Source: a virus (lineage: Duplodnaviria; Caudoviricetes). From it: 38,089 bases of DNA. This document shows, in pieces, positions 1 to 8,594 of the stretch (positions within the stretch are counted from its first letter, which is position 1; each line of letters opens with the position of its first letter). The DNA is taken from the IMG/VR virus record IMGVR_UViG_3300043036_000032, positions 1 through 38,089 of that record. The stretch is one strand, 5' to 3'. Below the pieces are notes generated by a model that worked only from the letters and a program-made list of their open reading frames with translations, had not been told where the DNA came from and made no database searches. The position numbers and the translations under genes were made by a program.

Positions 1-30
1 ATCAGCAAAAATTAGGAGTATACTTTAAGT

Positions 31-597
31 ATGCCTTATATAAATGATTACCCTTGTTCAATAGAAAGCTGCAAGAGAAGCAGAAAGAGCGCCTTGTATT
101 GCACTGCTCACTACCAGAAGTTTAAGAAGTATGGCGATCCATTGGGTGGACCAGGTTCTGGTAGGGCAGTGCAGCACGAGTTCTGCACAATAGAAGGATG
201 CGGTAAAAAACATACATCTCAAGGTATGTGCCAGATGCACTATAAAAGAAATGCTTTGTATGGTGATCCTCTTATAGTCCACAAGCCTGAGCGAAGTGGC
301 AATAGAAGAATCAATAATAATGGTTACGTTCTTGTGTATGAACCAGAGAATCCGACATCAACAGTTAATGGATTTGGTCTTGAACACCGCTTGGTAATGG
401 CAGCACATCTTGGCAGACCATTAACCAAAGACGAACAGGTGCATCATATGAACGGTGTACGACACGATAACCGTATTGAGAATCTTGAACTCTGGAATAC
501 AAGGCAACCGCCAGGACAACGCCCAGAGGACAAGGTTCAATACGCAATAGAGATATTAAAACAATACGCACCACATCTATTAGAGGAGCAACAATGA
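31..597 (+). CDS. HNH homing endonuclease with two N-terminal Cys/His zinc-binding repeats
   Basis: EHRLVMAAHLGRPL...VHHMNGVRHDNRIENLELW is an HNH_3-type motif. CSIESC..CTAH and CTIEGC..CQMH repeats precede it. Confidence 0.9.
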   Translation: MPYINDYPCSIESCKRSRKSALYCTAHYQKFKKYGDPLGGPGSGRAVQHEFCTIEGCGKKHTSQGMCQMHYKRNALYGDPLIVHKPERSGNRRINNNGYVLVYEPENPTSTVNGFGLEHRLVMAAHLGRPLTKDEQVHHMNGVRHDNRIENLELWNTRQPPGQRPEDKVQYAIEILKQYAPHLLEEQQ

Positions 598-809
598 CAA
601 TAGCAATCGAAGTAAACTGCGAAACAGGCGAGGTCATCGAACGTCCTTTGACAGCCGAAGAACTAGCAGCTAATGAAGCAGCAGCAGCACAAGCTGCAGC
701 AGCAGCCCACGAGGCAGAGATTAAGGCAGCAGCAGATGCTGAGGCTAAGGCTGCGCTACTTGCAAAACTAGGCATCACAGCAGACGAAGCAAAACTACTT
801 CTAGCGTAA
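594..809 (+). CDS. small Ala-rich tail-associated protein
   Basis: ATGA overlap with the HNH gene and a GAGGAG RBS. EVNCETGEVIERPLTAEE...LLAKLGIT resembles small proteins that follow phage tail-fibre genes. Confidence 0.65.
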   Translation: MTIAIEVNCETGEVIERPLTAEELAANEAAAAQAAAAAHEAEIKAAADAEAKAALLAKLGITADEAKLLLA

Positions 810-818
810 GGAAACCAC

Positions 819-2729
819 GTGCCATACGGCGACGACATCACAGAGGGCATACCCTACGTACTTTCCAACCCAGCAGGTGCTACTAACTACTCATCTACTG
901 GTGAGGCTTATGACATAGCAATTGCTGGCTTGCCATTCTTCTTGCTTAACAGTGACGATTCACCCTATCGTCGCGTCACAGCACAGTATCGCAAGCAACA
1001 GATTGACCAGAGCCGTGAGCCAGGTGAGCAGACGCTCACTGGTTGGTGGCTGCGTAGCCAAAGCTCATTCCATCTTGGTGCTGGTATTAAATTCTTTGAA
1101 CCTGTCCAAGAGGAATCTTTGCGATTCCAGTACACAGAATCCAAAGGTGTAGATGTCTGGACTAGAGGCCAGGCAACCTTGCTTTATGACACTGCTTCAT
1201 TCTATGCAGGCGCAGCACCTGCTCAGCTGATCGGTGTCAATGATGGAACCAATGACTGTATCTATGTAACAGATGGCAGCGCATTAAAGAAGATCACAAC
1301 TGGTGGTACCAGTACGACTATCACCCAGGCTGGTACTCCTTCAACCATCTACAGTCTTACAACTGATGGCTCTAACTATTACTTCATCAACGGTACTAAG
1401 GTTCACAAGGGATCAGTAGGTGCAACACCTGCAGACTCTGAGATCTACAATACTCCAGGAGTAACCAGAGCAACCATCCGCTACGTCAAGCAACGCTTGA
1501 TCTTGGCTATTGGCAATGTTCTATACGAACTTAATGCTAACGCTACTGGATCTGCTGCATTGCCTACTGCTTTGTACACCCACCCCAATGCCAACTGGAT
1601 ATGGTCATCTATTGCAGAAGGCCCACAAGCTATCTACGTATCAGGCTATGATCCAAACGGTACATCATCTTCTGTTTACAAGATTGGCTTAGATCCAACC
1701 ACTCCTAACTCTTTAGGTTTCCCAACTCTTAATACTCCTACTGTTGTTATTGATATGCCAGAAGGTGAACAAATCAATGACTTTGATGTATACCTAGGCG
1801 CTTACGCAATCCTTGCTACAAACCTAGGATTTAGAGTAGGTATCTCTGACATTACCGGAGACATCCAGTATGGTCCACTGCTTTTCAAGGATGCACCTTG
1901 TACAGCAATTGCTTTCCGTGACAGCTTTGCATACATCGCAAGCAAGATTGACGGCGAGGCAGGTCTGATACGAGTAGACCTAGGCACTAACGTTTTGGCA
2001 AGCAGTTTGTTTTTCCCTTGGGCTTGGGACTTAGTAGCAACTGGTACTACTACTACCGCTTCTCAAGTAGCATTCTTTGGTAACTCAAACAGAGCAGCAT
2101 TTACCAATGGCAACAACACCTGGGCAGAATCTACAACCACACTGGTACCAACCGGTTACCTGCGTACAGGCTATATCCGCTACAACACATTAGAACTTAA
2201 GATCTTTAAGTTGATGCAGGCTCGTGTAGATACCACCAACGGTGGTCTTAACATTGACTCCATTGACTATGCAGATAACTTCTATCGCATTGGTACCTTT
2301 GCACAAGAGTCAACAGTTCCAGAAGTTAACGTCAACTACCCACAGGCGTCACAAGAGTATCTTGGTTTCCAGTTCACGTTGATACGTTCGACTACTGATG
2401 TCTCCAAGGGACCATTGTTTACTGGCTACCAGGTCAAGGCCTTGCCTGCTATCCCACGTCAGCGTTTAATCCAGTATCCACTGTCTTGCTTTGACCACGA
2501 ATCAGATCACTTCGGAGTTGAGATTGGCTTTGAGGGTTCTGCCTATGATCGTATGAGCCAGTTGGAATCTATTGAAAACGTTGGTGACACTATCCGCGTT
2601 GAAGACTTCCGTACTGGTGAGTCCTACATTGGACTGATCGAAGAGCTTGACTTTAGAAATACCACACCATCGGACAAGCGATTCTCTGGATATGGCGGAA
2701 CGCTCCTAGTAACTATTAGGACGGTCTAA
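819..2729 (+). CDS. tail structural protein, probable nozzle (tubular protein B-like beta-propeller)
   Basis: 636 aa, beta-rich with repeated short strands. It is the last structural gene before the lysis cassette and has an AAGGA RBS with a GTG start. Confidence 0.6.
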   Translation: MPYGDDITEGIPYVLSNPAGATNYSSTGEAYDIAIAGLPFFLLNSDDSPYRRVTAQYRKQQIDQSREPGEQTLTGWWLRSQSSFHLGAGIKFFEPVQEESLRFQYTESKGVDVWTRGQATLLYDTASFYAGAAPAQLIGVNDGTNDCIYVTDGSALKKITTGGTSTTITQAGTPSTIYSLTTDGSNYYFINGTKVHKGSVGATPADSEIYNTPGVTRATIRYVKQRLILAIGNVLYELNANATGSAALPTALYTHPNANWIWSSIAEGPQAIYVSGYDPNGTSSSVYKIGLDPTTPNSLGFPTLNTPTVVIDMPEGEQINDFDVYLGAYAILATNLGFRVGISDITGDIQYGPLLFKDAPCTAIAFRDSFAYIASKIDGEAGLIRVDLGTNVLASSLFFPWAWDLVATGTTTTASQVAFFGNSNRAAFTNGNNTWAESTTTLVPTGYLRTGYIRYNTLELKIFKLMQARVDTTNGGLNIDSIDYADNFYRIGTFAQESTVPEVNVNYPQASQEYLGFQFTLIRSTTDVSKGPLFTGYQVKALPAIPRQRLIQYPLSCFDHESDHFGVEIGFEGSAYDRMSQLESIENVGDTIRVEDFRTGESYIGLIEELDFRNTTPSDKRFSGYGGTLLVTIRTV

Positions 2730-2932
2730 TGCAGGCACAAGACTACGCAACAGTAGCTGTTGCAGTATGCACAATTGTAGGTGGCTTTGCTGCAGCAATA
2801 CGCTGGATGGTTAAGCACTACCTCAATGAACTTAAGCCCAACTCTGGCAGTTCATTAAAGGATTCGGTCACAAGATTGGAGCGACAGGTTGAAGAGATTT
2901 ATCGCATCATTCTTACTCGCAATAACTCTTAG
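2729..2932 (+). CDS. membrane protein with N-terminal TM helix and coiled coil (lysis cassette)
   Basis: Hydrophobic ATVAVAVCTIVGGFAAAIRW followed by heptad-like SLKDSVTRLERQVEEIYRII. TAATG coupling to the previous gene. Confidence 0.7.
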   Translation: MQAQDYATVAVAVCTIVGGFAAAIRWMVKHYLNELKPNSGSSLKDSVTRLERQVEEIYRIILTRNNS

Positions 2933-3077
2933 TGGTTGCGGTTACCAAGGCTGGGTTAGATACCCTTGTCAGGAATTTGAGAACTGGGAAAAGCCTGAGT
3001 GTAACCCTCCGCAATGTGAAGTAACTGGCACTTGTTCCTCCGACTTATTACCAGAGGTATTTGATGAAACGCCCTGA
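2889..3077 (+). CDS. small Cys/Pro-rich lipoprotein
   Basis: MKR + hydrophobic stretch + lipobox LSG-C, with four more Cys in the mature part. TTG start overlapping the upstream gene. Confidence 0.7.
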   Translation: MKRFIASFLLAITLSGCGYQGWVRYPCQEFENWEKPECNPPQCEVTGTCSSDLLPEVFDETP

Positions 3078-3333
3078 AAGATACACACCTGAAGAACTAC
3101 ACGCTAGGTTGATTGTCAGTATTGGAATCATCCTGGCTATTGTATTTGCTGGCTCAGTGTTCTCATTACTCTGGGCTTTAGTTTTTGTAACTCAACCAAT
3201 GAAGCAAGCGCCTAATGATGCAGCCTTTATTGATTTAGTTTCTACCCTGACTGTGTTCCTTACTGGAACTCTAGCGGGAATCGTATCTGCTAATGGACTC
3301 AAGAGTAAGAAGAAGGAAGATGAACCCAAATGA
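3064..3333 (+). CDS. two-TM membrane protein, holin-like
   Basis: Two long hydrophobic segments and a charged C-terminal tail (KSKKKEDEPK), directly upstream of the endolysin. Confidence 0.65.
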   Translation: MKRPERYTPEELHARLIVSIGIILAIVFAGSVFSLLWALVFVTQPMKQAPNDAAFIDLVSTLTVFLTGTLAGIVSANGLKSKKKEDEPK

Positions 3334-3830
3334 AACCTGTTGCCAAGAAAGCCACGCCTGCCGCTATTGCTGTCCTTCGTCAAGCCACAGCGATCAAGCC
3401 ATTACGCAAGAAGATCTCGGATGGATTATTACCGAGTAAGGCACATATCAATCAGAACCCTGACTCAGACCACAACACAGGCTACGCTGTTGATTTAACA
3501 CACGACAAGGTAGCAGGCATTGACTGCACTGAAATCTTCCAGAAGCTAAAGGAAGACAAGCGAGTTAAGTACCTGATATTCCAGGGCAAGATCTGGTCAG
3601 CAGAGCGTGCATCAGAAGGTGACCGTGAGTATTCAGGTAGCAATAAACACAATAAGCATTTACATATTTCAATCAATGACGATATGGGCAATGACACTAG
3701 CCCTTGGTTCTGGTGGATGAATCAACCAAAGATCATCAATCAGATCAAAGCCAAAGCAATACCTGCGCCAACAAAGAAGTTGGCAAAGGAAGAGGTTTGT
3801 ACCTGTTGCAAGTTGCACGGTACAAAGTAA
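3330..3830 (+). CDS. endolysin, zinc peptidase (M15/LAS-like)
   Basis: SDHNTGYAVD matches SxHxxGxAxD and HNKHLHIS supplies the HxH ligand. Flanked by membrane proteins. Confidence 0.75.
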   Translation: MKPVAKKATPAAIAVLRQATAIKPLRKKISDGLLPSKAHINQNPDSDHNTGYAVDLTHDKVAGIDCTEIFQKLKEDKRVKYLIFQGKIWSAERASEGDREYSGSNKHNKHLHISINDDMGNDTSPWFWWMNQPKIINQIKAKAIPAPTKKLAKEEVCTCCKLHGTK

Positions 3831-3847
3831 AAGCAAAGGAGTCCGTA

Positions 3848-4033
3848 ATGGAACAATTCAAACAAATCGCACTATCTTGGTTCCGTGCAGCAGCGTCAGC
3901 TGCGGTAGCACTTTACCTTGTTGGTGAGACTAACCTTAAGACACTAGGCCTTGCAGCACTATCAGGTGCAGCAGGTCCAATTCTTAAGTGGCTAGACGCA
4001 TCATCAACAGAGTTTGGTCGTGGGTCTAAGTAA
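3848..4033 (+). CDS. holin-like membrane protein
   Basis: Start refined to ATG 3848 after AAAGGAG. Two short hydrophobic helices; last gene before a terminator. Confidence 0.7.
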   Translation: MEQFKQIALSWFRAAASAAVALYLVGETNLKTLGLAALSGAAGPILKWLDASSTEFGRGSK

Positions 4034-4053
4034 CCCATAGCGCGAGGCAAACA

Positions 4054-4091
4054 GGAGGTCGGTCCCTACGGGGACCGGCCTTCTTTTTTTA
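4054..4091 (+). terminator. intrinsic terminator of the late/lysis operon
   Basis: GGAGGTCGGTCCC-TACG-GGGACCGGCCTTC stem with a cUACGg tetraloop followed by a T-tract. Confidence 0.9.
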
Positions 4092-4391
4092 TGCCATTTT
4101 GTCGGCAGGGCAGGGGATTGTTACTAGGTTTCCGCAGTTAACACAGGTTGCATCAAGGAAGTACCAGACCAGTTCGTAGTCTTCAAAGGAGGCCATAACA
4201 CTAAAGACCTGGGAGCCACACGGACAGACGTGGAGTGGTCCTAAACCCCGCAGATCGGTCCCAAAAGGCTCAGGAAGGGCATTCCTACGCCATCTAAACG
4301 ATGGCAGGGTTGGTAGACGGAACCGCAGGGTTACTGTACGGTTGCTACTGCTGCGCCCTTTGAGGGCGCCTGCCTGTTTAATTCGCCTCAC
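4089..4391 (-). CDS. small zinc-ribbon protein
   Basis: HVCPCG...CVNCG motifs. The GTG start lies 7 nt after a TACAAT -10 element, consistent with a leaderless mRNA. Confidence 0.6.
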   Translation of the reverse strand: MRRIKQAGALKGRSSSNRTVTLRFRLPTLPSFRWRRNALPEPFGTDLRGLGPLHVCPCGSQVFSVMASFEDYELVWYFLDATCVNCGNLVTIPCPADKMA

Positions 4392-4398
4392 GGCTCAT

Positions 4399-4453
4399 AT
4401 TGTAGTGCCTAGTAGGTGTCGCTATGCGACGACACGCCGAGGACTGGTATGCT
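4399..4453. promoter_or_regulatory. divergent leaderless promoters sharing a GTGTCG-N8-CGACAC inverted repeat (WhiA-type GACAC boxes)
   Basis: Plus strand: GACAC(4431-35)-N12-TATGCT(4448-53, preceded by TGn)-N7-ATG 4461. Minus strand: GACAC(4420-16)-N11-TACAAT(4404-4399)-N7-GTG 4391. Confidence 0.7.
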
Positions 4454-4460
4454 CTCTAGT

Positions 4461-5018
4461 ATGACAACAATCGCGGCACTTGAAGGAATTGATTACGCTG
4501 TTCTAGTAGCTGACTCACAGATCACCGAGGACAACCTAGTAACTCTAGCCACCAGTACGCCCAAGATTGTTGAGGTCGGTAAGTATCTCATCGGTATCTC
4601 AGGTGATACCAGACCTGGTGACATCCTTGCCTATAACTGGAAGCCACCGCTCTATCGTGGTGAAGACCCAGCACAATTTATGGGTAAGAAGATTATCCCT
4701 AGTATCAACCAGGCATTTGCCGATAACAACTACGACTACAACAAGGCGGATAAAGATGGTGGCTTCGATTATCTCATTGCTTTTAACGGCAACATCTTTC
4801 GGATTGCTTGTGATCTCTCTTTTTTCCAAGCAAATCACGGAGCGTATGGCATTGGTAGTGGGGGTCAGCTTGCTCTTGGCTACCTGTATTCAATTGTCAA
4901 ACCTGATATGGACGTAGCCTTTGCAAAGAGACACGCCCGTAAAGCAGTAGAGATTGCTTCGGTCCTTGACGCTAATACTGGTAAGCCCATACAGTTAGTT
5001 GTACAGGAGAGGATGTAG
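4461..5018 (+). CDS. proteasome beta/HslV-like Ntn-hydrolase threonine protease
   Basis: Start refined to ATG 4461, giving M-TTIAA. Thr1, Asp17, Lys34, Ser-Gly47 and GIGSG match the proteasome-beta catalytic layout. Confidence 0.85.
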   Translation: MTTIAALEGIDYAVLVADSQITEDNLVTLATSTPKIVEVGKYLIGISGDTRPGDILAYNWKPPLYRGEDPAQFMGKKIIPSINQAFADNNYDYNKADKDGGFDYLIAFNGNIFRIACDLSFFQANHGAYGIGSGGQLALGYLYSIVKPDMDVAFAKRHARKAVEIASVLDANTGKPIQLVVQERM

Positions 5019-5020
5019 CA

Positions 5021-5170
5021 ATGGAGTTTAATACATACGAAGAAGTACAAGCTGAGTTCAAAGGTGTGATGGCAACAGGTGAATACGCTGCACACTACTG
5101 GTTTGAGCAAGGGTGGAAGGCGTGTAGACTTGCTTTCCTTTTGCACGAAAGAGGACAAAGCAATGACTGA
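5021..5170 (+). CDS. hypothetical protein (49 aa)
   Basis: Hand-translated MEFNTYEEVQAEFKG...; GGAGAGG RBS; fills the gap between operon genes. Confidence 0.65.
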   Translation: MEFNTYEEVQAEFKGVMATGEYAAHYWFEQGWKACRLAFLLHERGQSND

Positions 5171-6104
5171 TCCAAAAGAATTATTACTTACTGCACTACG
5201 TGCAGGAGATGCTAAGCGTTCACGATCTACACAAGTACAGATTGGTCCATCAGAGGTAGGTGGCTGTCGCCGTAAGGTGTGGTACCGACTTAACGATCAA
5301 CCTGAAACTAATGACAACGAACTAAAGCTCGCTGCGATTATGGGTACTGCTATTCACGCAGAGATTGAACGAGCACTAGCAGATAATCCAGATGTGCTTA
5401 TTGAAACCGAAGTTGAATACAACGGAATGAAAGCACACATTGACTGTTTTGTACCTGGTACTGGTGATGTGATTGACTGGAAGACAAGTAAGGTCCGGAA
5501 CCTTTCTTACTTTCCAAGCAGTCAACAACGCTGGCAGGTACAGCTATACGGCTACCTCCTAGCTAACAACGGCTATGCGGTCAACCGAGTATCTCTTGTA
5601 GCTATCGCAAGAGATGGTGACGAACGTGATGTCAAGGTGCATACCGAAGACTATGACGAAGCCATCGCACTAGAAGCACTCGGTTGGCTAGCGGCTGTTA
5701 AGGAAAGTAAAGAGGCGCCAGCACCAGAGAAGGATGCAAGTTACTGTCAGCATTACTGTAAGTTCTACGACGCATCAGGTGAGATGGGATGCGTTGGTCT
5801 AAAAAAAGAACGTACGTCAGTCAGTGAAGTAATCATTGCTGACGAAGAAGTTGACAAGCACGCACTGTTGTACTTACAGTTAGCAGAACAAATTAAAGAG
5901 TTAGAAAAACAACAGGATTCTTTGAAGGCATCCTTTGAAGGAGTACTGGGTACTACTAATTCAGGTATCGAAGTAAGTTGGACAACTGTTAAAGGACGCG
6001 AGTCAGTTGACAGTAGCGAGGTAGAAAAACTATTAGGGTTTGTCCCTAAGAAGGTAGGAGCTGAAAGCCAGCGACTATCAATCAAGCAAAGTGGAGGCAA
6101 GTAA
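5163..6104 (+). CDS. Cas4-like/RecB-family PD-(D/E)XK exonuclease
   Basis: IGPSEVGGCRRK, GTAIH, HID, IDWKT, QVQLY and a C-terminal CQHYC..C cluster. Start refined to ATG 5163. Confidence 0.85.
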   Translation: MTDPKELLLTALRAGDAKRSRSTQVQIGPSEVGGCRRKVWYRLNDQPETNDNELKLAAIMGTAIHAEIERALADNPDVLIETEVEYNGMKAHIDCFVPGTGDVIDWKTSKVRNLSYFPSSQQRWQVQLYGYLLANNGYAVNRVSLVAIARDGDERDVKVHTEDYDEAIALEALGWLAAVKESKEAPAPEKDASYCQHYCKFYDASGEMGCVGLKKERTSVSEVIIADEEVDKHALLYLQLAEQIKELEKQQDSLKASFEGVLGTTNSGIEVSWTTVKGRESVDSSEVEKLLGFVPKKVGAESQRLSIKQSGGK

Positions 6105-6482
6105 ATGGCTACAGAAGGAACAAAGTTTCAGATCAATTACAAGTTAACTGACGGAACACTTATCAACTTGTATGCAAGAGATGTTCAAGATTTAGAGACA
6201 GGTCTTAATGACCTAGGTATGGTTGCTGCATTGATCGCAGCAGTGGGCAAAGATCTAGGTTCAACACAAGCAGCACCAGCACCAACAGTTGCAGCAGTGG
6301 CACAGGCTTTCAATGCAACACCAGTACAGGCAGCACCAGCACCAGCAGGTGGCGCTAACAGTTGCCGTCACGGTGCAATGACATTACGTTCAGGTGTAGG
6401 ACAAAAGGGTCCGTGGTCAGGCTATATGTGTTCAGCACCAAAGGGTGCGCCAGACAAGTGCGAAACCATCTGGGTTCGATAA
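6105..6482 (+). CDS. hypothetical protein with Ala/Pro linker and C-terminal zinc finger
   Basis: CRHG...KGPWSGYMC...CETIW motif; GGAGG RBS. Confidence 0.7.
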   Translation: MATEGTKFQINYKLTDGTLINLYARDVQDLETGLNDLGMVAALIAAVGKDLGSTQAAPAPTVAAVAQAFNATPVQAAPAPAGGANSCRHGAMTLRSGVGQKGPWSGYMCSAPKGAPDKCETIWVR

Positions 6483-6485
6483 CTA

Positions 6486-6761
6486 ATGCGGGAGCCGAGT
6501 CAATACGAAGCTCCTAGTTGTGAAACTATCGGTGGGGATTTCTGGTTTCCAGAGACAATCCCTGGTAGAAAAGAGTCAGCTATTGAAGATACTAAACTTG
6601 CAATAAGTATCTGTAATAGGTGTCCCCATAGAAGAGAATGTGCAGAGTGGGGAATCAATAAAGAATACTTTGGTATCTGGGGTGGTCTCACATTAAGAGA
6701 GCGCCAGAAGATCAGAGATCAACGAGGCATTAGTCTGAAACAGGAGAACGACGTTGCTTAA
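6486..6761 (+). CDS. whiB: WhiB-family Fe-S transcription factor
   Basis: Four Cys (C, CxxC, C), the GIWGGLT turn and a basic C-terminal helix. Confidence 0.93.
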   Translation: MREPSQYEAPSCETIGGDFWFPETIPGRKESAIEDTKLAISICNRCPHRRECAEWGINKEYFGIWGGLTLRERQKIRDQRGISLKQENDVA

Positions 6762-7602
6762 CCTATCCCGTGCTTGGAGTGGAGTGCTTACCAAAGCAAC
6801 ACCACTGCCTGATGTGTGGAATGGGCTAGCAGCAGAAGGTATTAAGTTTCGCAGAGGCCAGGTATGTATGGTAGCTGCAGCACCTAATGCTGGTAAATCT
6901 ATGTTCGCCTTGATCTATGCAATCAAAGCCAAAGTTCCTACGTTATTCTTTTCTGCAGATACTGATACCACTACCGTAATGATGAGGTCTGTATCGCATC
7001 TATCTGGTCACTCACAAGTGACAGTGGAAGCAAACCTTTCAAACGATAGTCAGTATTACAACTCACACCTAGAAAAACTTTCACACGTCAAGTGGGTCTT
7101 TGATTCATCTCCTAGTATTGATGACTTGGAGTTAGAGATCAGGGCTTACGTTGAACTCTACGGACAACCACCTGAGTTGATAGTCATTGATAACCTAATG
7201 AACATCACTGCTGAGACAGACAACGAATGGGCTGGACTTAGAGCAATTATGATGGAGCTTCACGATATGGCACGCAAGACAGAAGCCTGTGTGATGGTAC
7301 TCCACCACGTATCAGAACAGTCAGAGTATGGGTCACCTAGTAACCCACCTCATCGCAGAGCAATTCACGGAAAGGTCAGTCAGTTACCTGCACTGATACT
7401 TACACTGGGCTATGACCCAACGCAAGGAATACTAAAGGTAGCACCGGTGAAGAACCGCTTTGGAGCACACACTGCTGACGGCAGCAAGTATGCACAGCTA
7501 CTGGTAAACTACGCAGCAGTACAGATCTCAGATCAAAATGAGTTCGGTTGGATGTTACGAAAAGATACTATTGCAGGATACCAAGGGAGTTACAATGTCT
7601 GA
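6754..7602 (+). CDS. DnaB-like SF4 helicase (ATPase domain only)
   Basis: Walker A AAAPNAGKS, Walker B LIVIDNL, VLHH and a KNRFG arginine finger. Confidence 0.85.
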   Translation: MLNLSRAWSGVLTKATPLPDVWNGLAAEGIKFRRGQVCMVAAAPNAGKSMFALIYAIKAKVPTLFFSADTDTTTVMMRSVSHLSGHSQVTVEANLSNDSQYYNSHLEKLSHVKWVFDSSPSIDDLELEIRAYVELYGQPPELIVIDNLMNITAETDNEWAGLRAIMMELHDMARKTEACVMVLHHVSEQSEYGSPSNPPHRRAIHGKVSQLPALILTLGYDPTQGILKVAPVKNRFGAHTADGSKYAQLLVNYAAVQISDQNEFGWMLRKDTIAGYQGSYNV

Positions 7603-7807
7603 ACCAGAGTTAACTAATAAGTACCGAGACAATCTAAAGATTGATGCACTACGTGATGATGTTGATGCACTCAAGGTAGACCTAACCAACTTCGTTGGTG
7701 CCTTGCTGCAATCAGGTATTGTCGAGCTAGTTAAAGACGAAGAAGGTAACATCATCTATAAGATTAACAAGGTTGTATTGGTAGATGAGTCAGTACAACA
7801 AGACTAA
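7595..7807 (+). CDS. hypothetical protein (coiled coil)
   Basis: Start refined to ATG 7595 after AAGGGAG; overlaps both neighbours. Confidence 0.65.
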   Translation: MSEPELTNKYRDNLKIDALRDDVDALKVDLTNFVGALLQSGIVELVKDEEGNIIYKINKVVLVDESVQQD

Positions 7808-8135
7808 AGGTTCTCAGTTTGAGACAGATGTAATGAAGTGGCTACGTAAAAGCGGAGTTACAGCAGAGCGTCTGTCTAAGGCTGGGGCAAAGGATGAGGG
7901 CGACATCGTTACTGTTATCGCGGGAGAAACCTATATCCTTGAACTCAAGAACAGGGCAACTCTTTCGTTGCCTGAGTTCTGGAGAGAAGCACAGGTTGAG
8001 GCGCTTAATTATGCAAAGGCAAGAGACCTTGGGGAAGTTCCTCTGTCTTACGTAATAGTTAAGCGTCGCAACGCATCAATAGATCAGGCTTGGGTAATCC
8101 AAGACTTAACTCAATGGTTAAAGGAGAAACAATAA
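7785..8135 (+). CDS. Holliday junction resolvase (Hjc-like)
   Basis: KGSQFE...GDI...LELK PD-(D/E)XK pattern in a 116-aa protein. Confidence 0.8.
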   Translation: MSQYNKTKGSQFETDVMKWLRKSGVTAERLSKAGAKDEGDIVTVIAGETYILELKNRATLSLPEFWREAQVEALNYAKARDLGEVPLSYVIVKRRNASIDQAWVIQDLTQWLKEKQ

Positions 8136-8242
8136 TGCCAGTTCCAGGTGGAGAAATTACAACAACAGAGATTCTAGTACCAGTAGTAGAAGAAGTAGTT
8201 GAAGTAGTTGAGGAAGAAACTAAAGCAGAGGTCGAAGAATGA
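8135..8242 (+). CDS. small acidic peptide (35 aa)
   Basis: Hand-translated MPVPGGEITTTEILVPVVEEVVEVVEEETKAEVEE; AAGGAG RBS; TAATG and ATGA couplings. Confidence 0.6.
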   Translation: MPVPGGEITTTEILVPVVEEVVEVVEEETKAEVEE

Positions 8243-8415
8243 CAAAAAGCATATGGAAATTAAAGTTTGATGGAATCGAAGTATGTACATTAGAACCATT
8301 GTGGAAGCAGATCCTGTGGGTATCTGTTTACGAATGGGATGAAACTCCATATGGTATGACCATTAGAATTTTAGGAGTTAACTTTGAATTTCTTGTTGGA
8401 AAATGGGTTGACTAA
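8239..8415 (+). CDS. hypothetical protein (58 aa)
   Basis: Hand-translated MTKSIWKLKFDGIEV...; translationally coupled on both sides. Confidence 0.6.
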   Translation: MTKSIWKLKFDGIEVCTLEPLWKQILWVSVYEWDETPYGMTIRILGVNFEFLVGKWVD

Positions 8416-8594
8416 TGATTTGTCAGAATTGTCTTAAAGCTGGAGCAGAGAACAGAGATAGCCACTTCAAGCGTGCCACTGCGTGGCATAACAAGTGCGA
8501 CTTTAAGGGGTGCGGATGTCAGCACAAGACTGGTCCAGGGTACGTAAAGCGGGACGGTACAAAGGTGCCGTTGATGCAAACACAATCCCCATAG
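8415..8594 (+). CDS. small Cys/His-rich protein (59 aa)
   Basis: Hand-translated MICQNC...HNKCDFKGCGCQH; TAATG coupling. Confidence 0.6.
   Translation: MICQNCLKAGAENRDSHFKRATAWHNKCDFKGCGCQHKTGPGYVKRDGTKVPLMQTQSP

Noticed and set aside
4416-4460. N-terminal extension of the protease as a propeptide
   Set aside because: This stretch is the promoter; ATG 4461 directly precedes the catalytic Thr.
5163-6104. Cas4-like gene as evidence of a CRISPR-Cas system
   Set aside because: No repeat-spacer array or other cas genes were seen; solo Cas4-like nucleases are common in phage replication modules.
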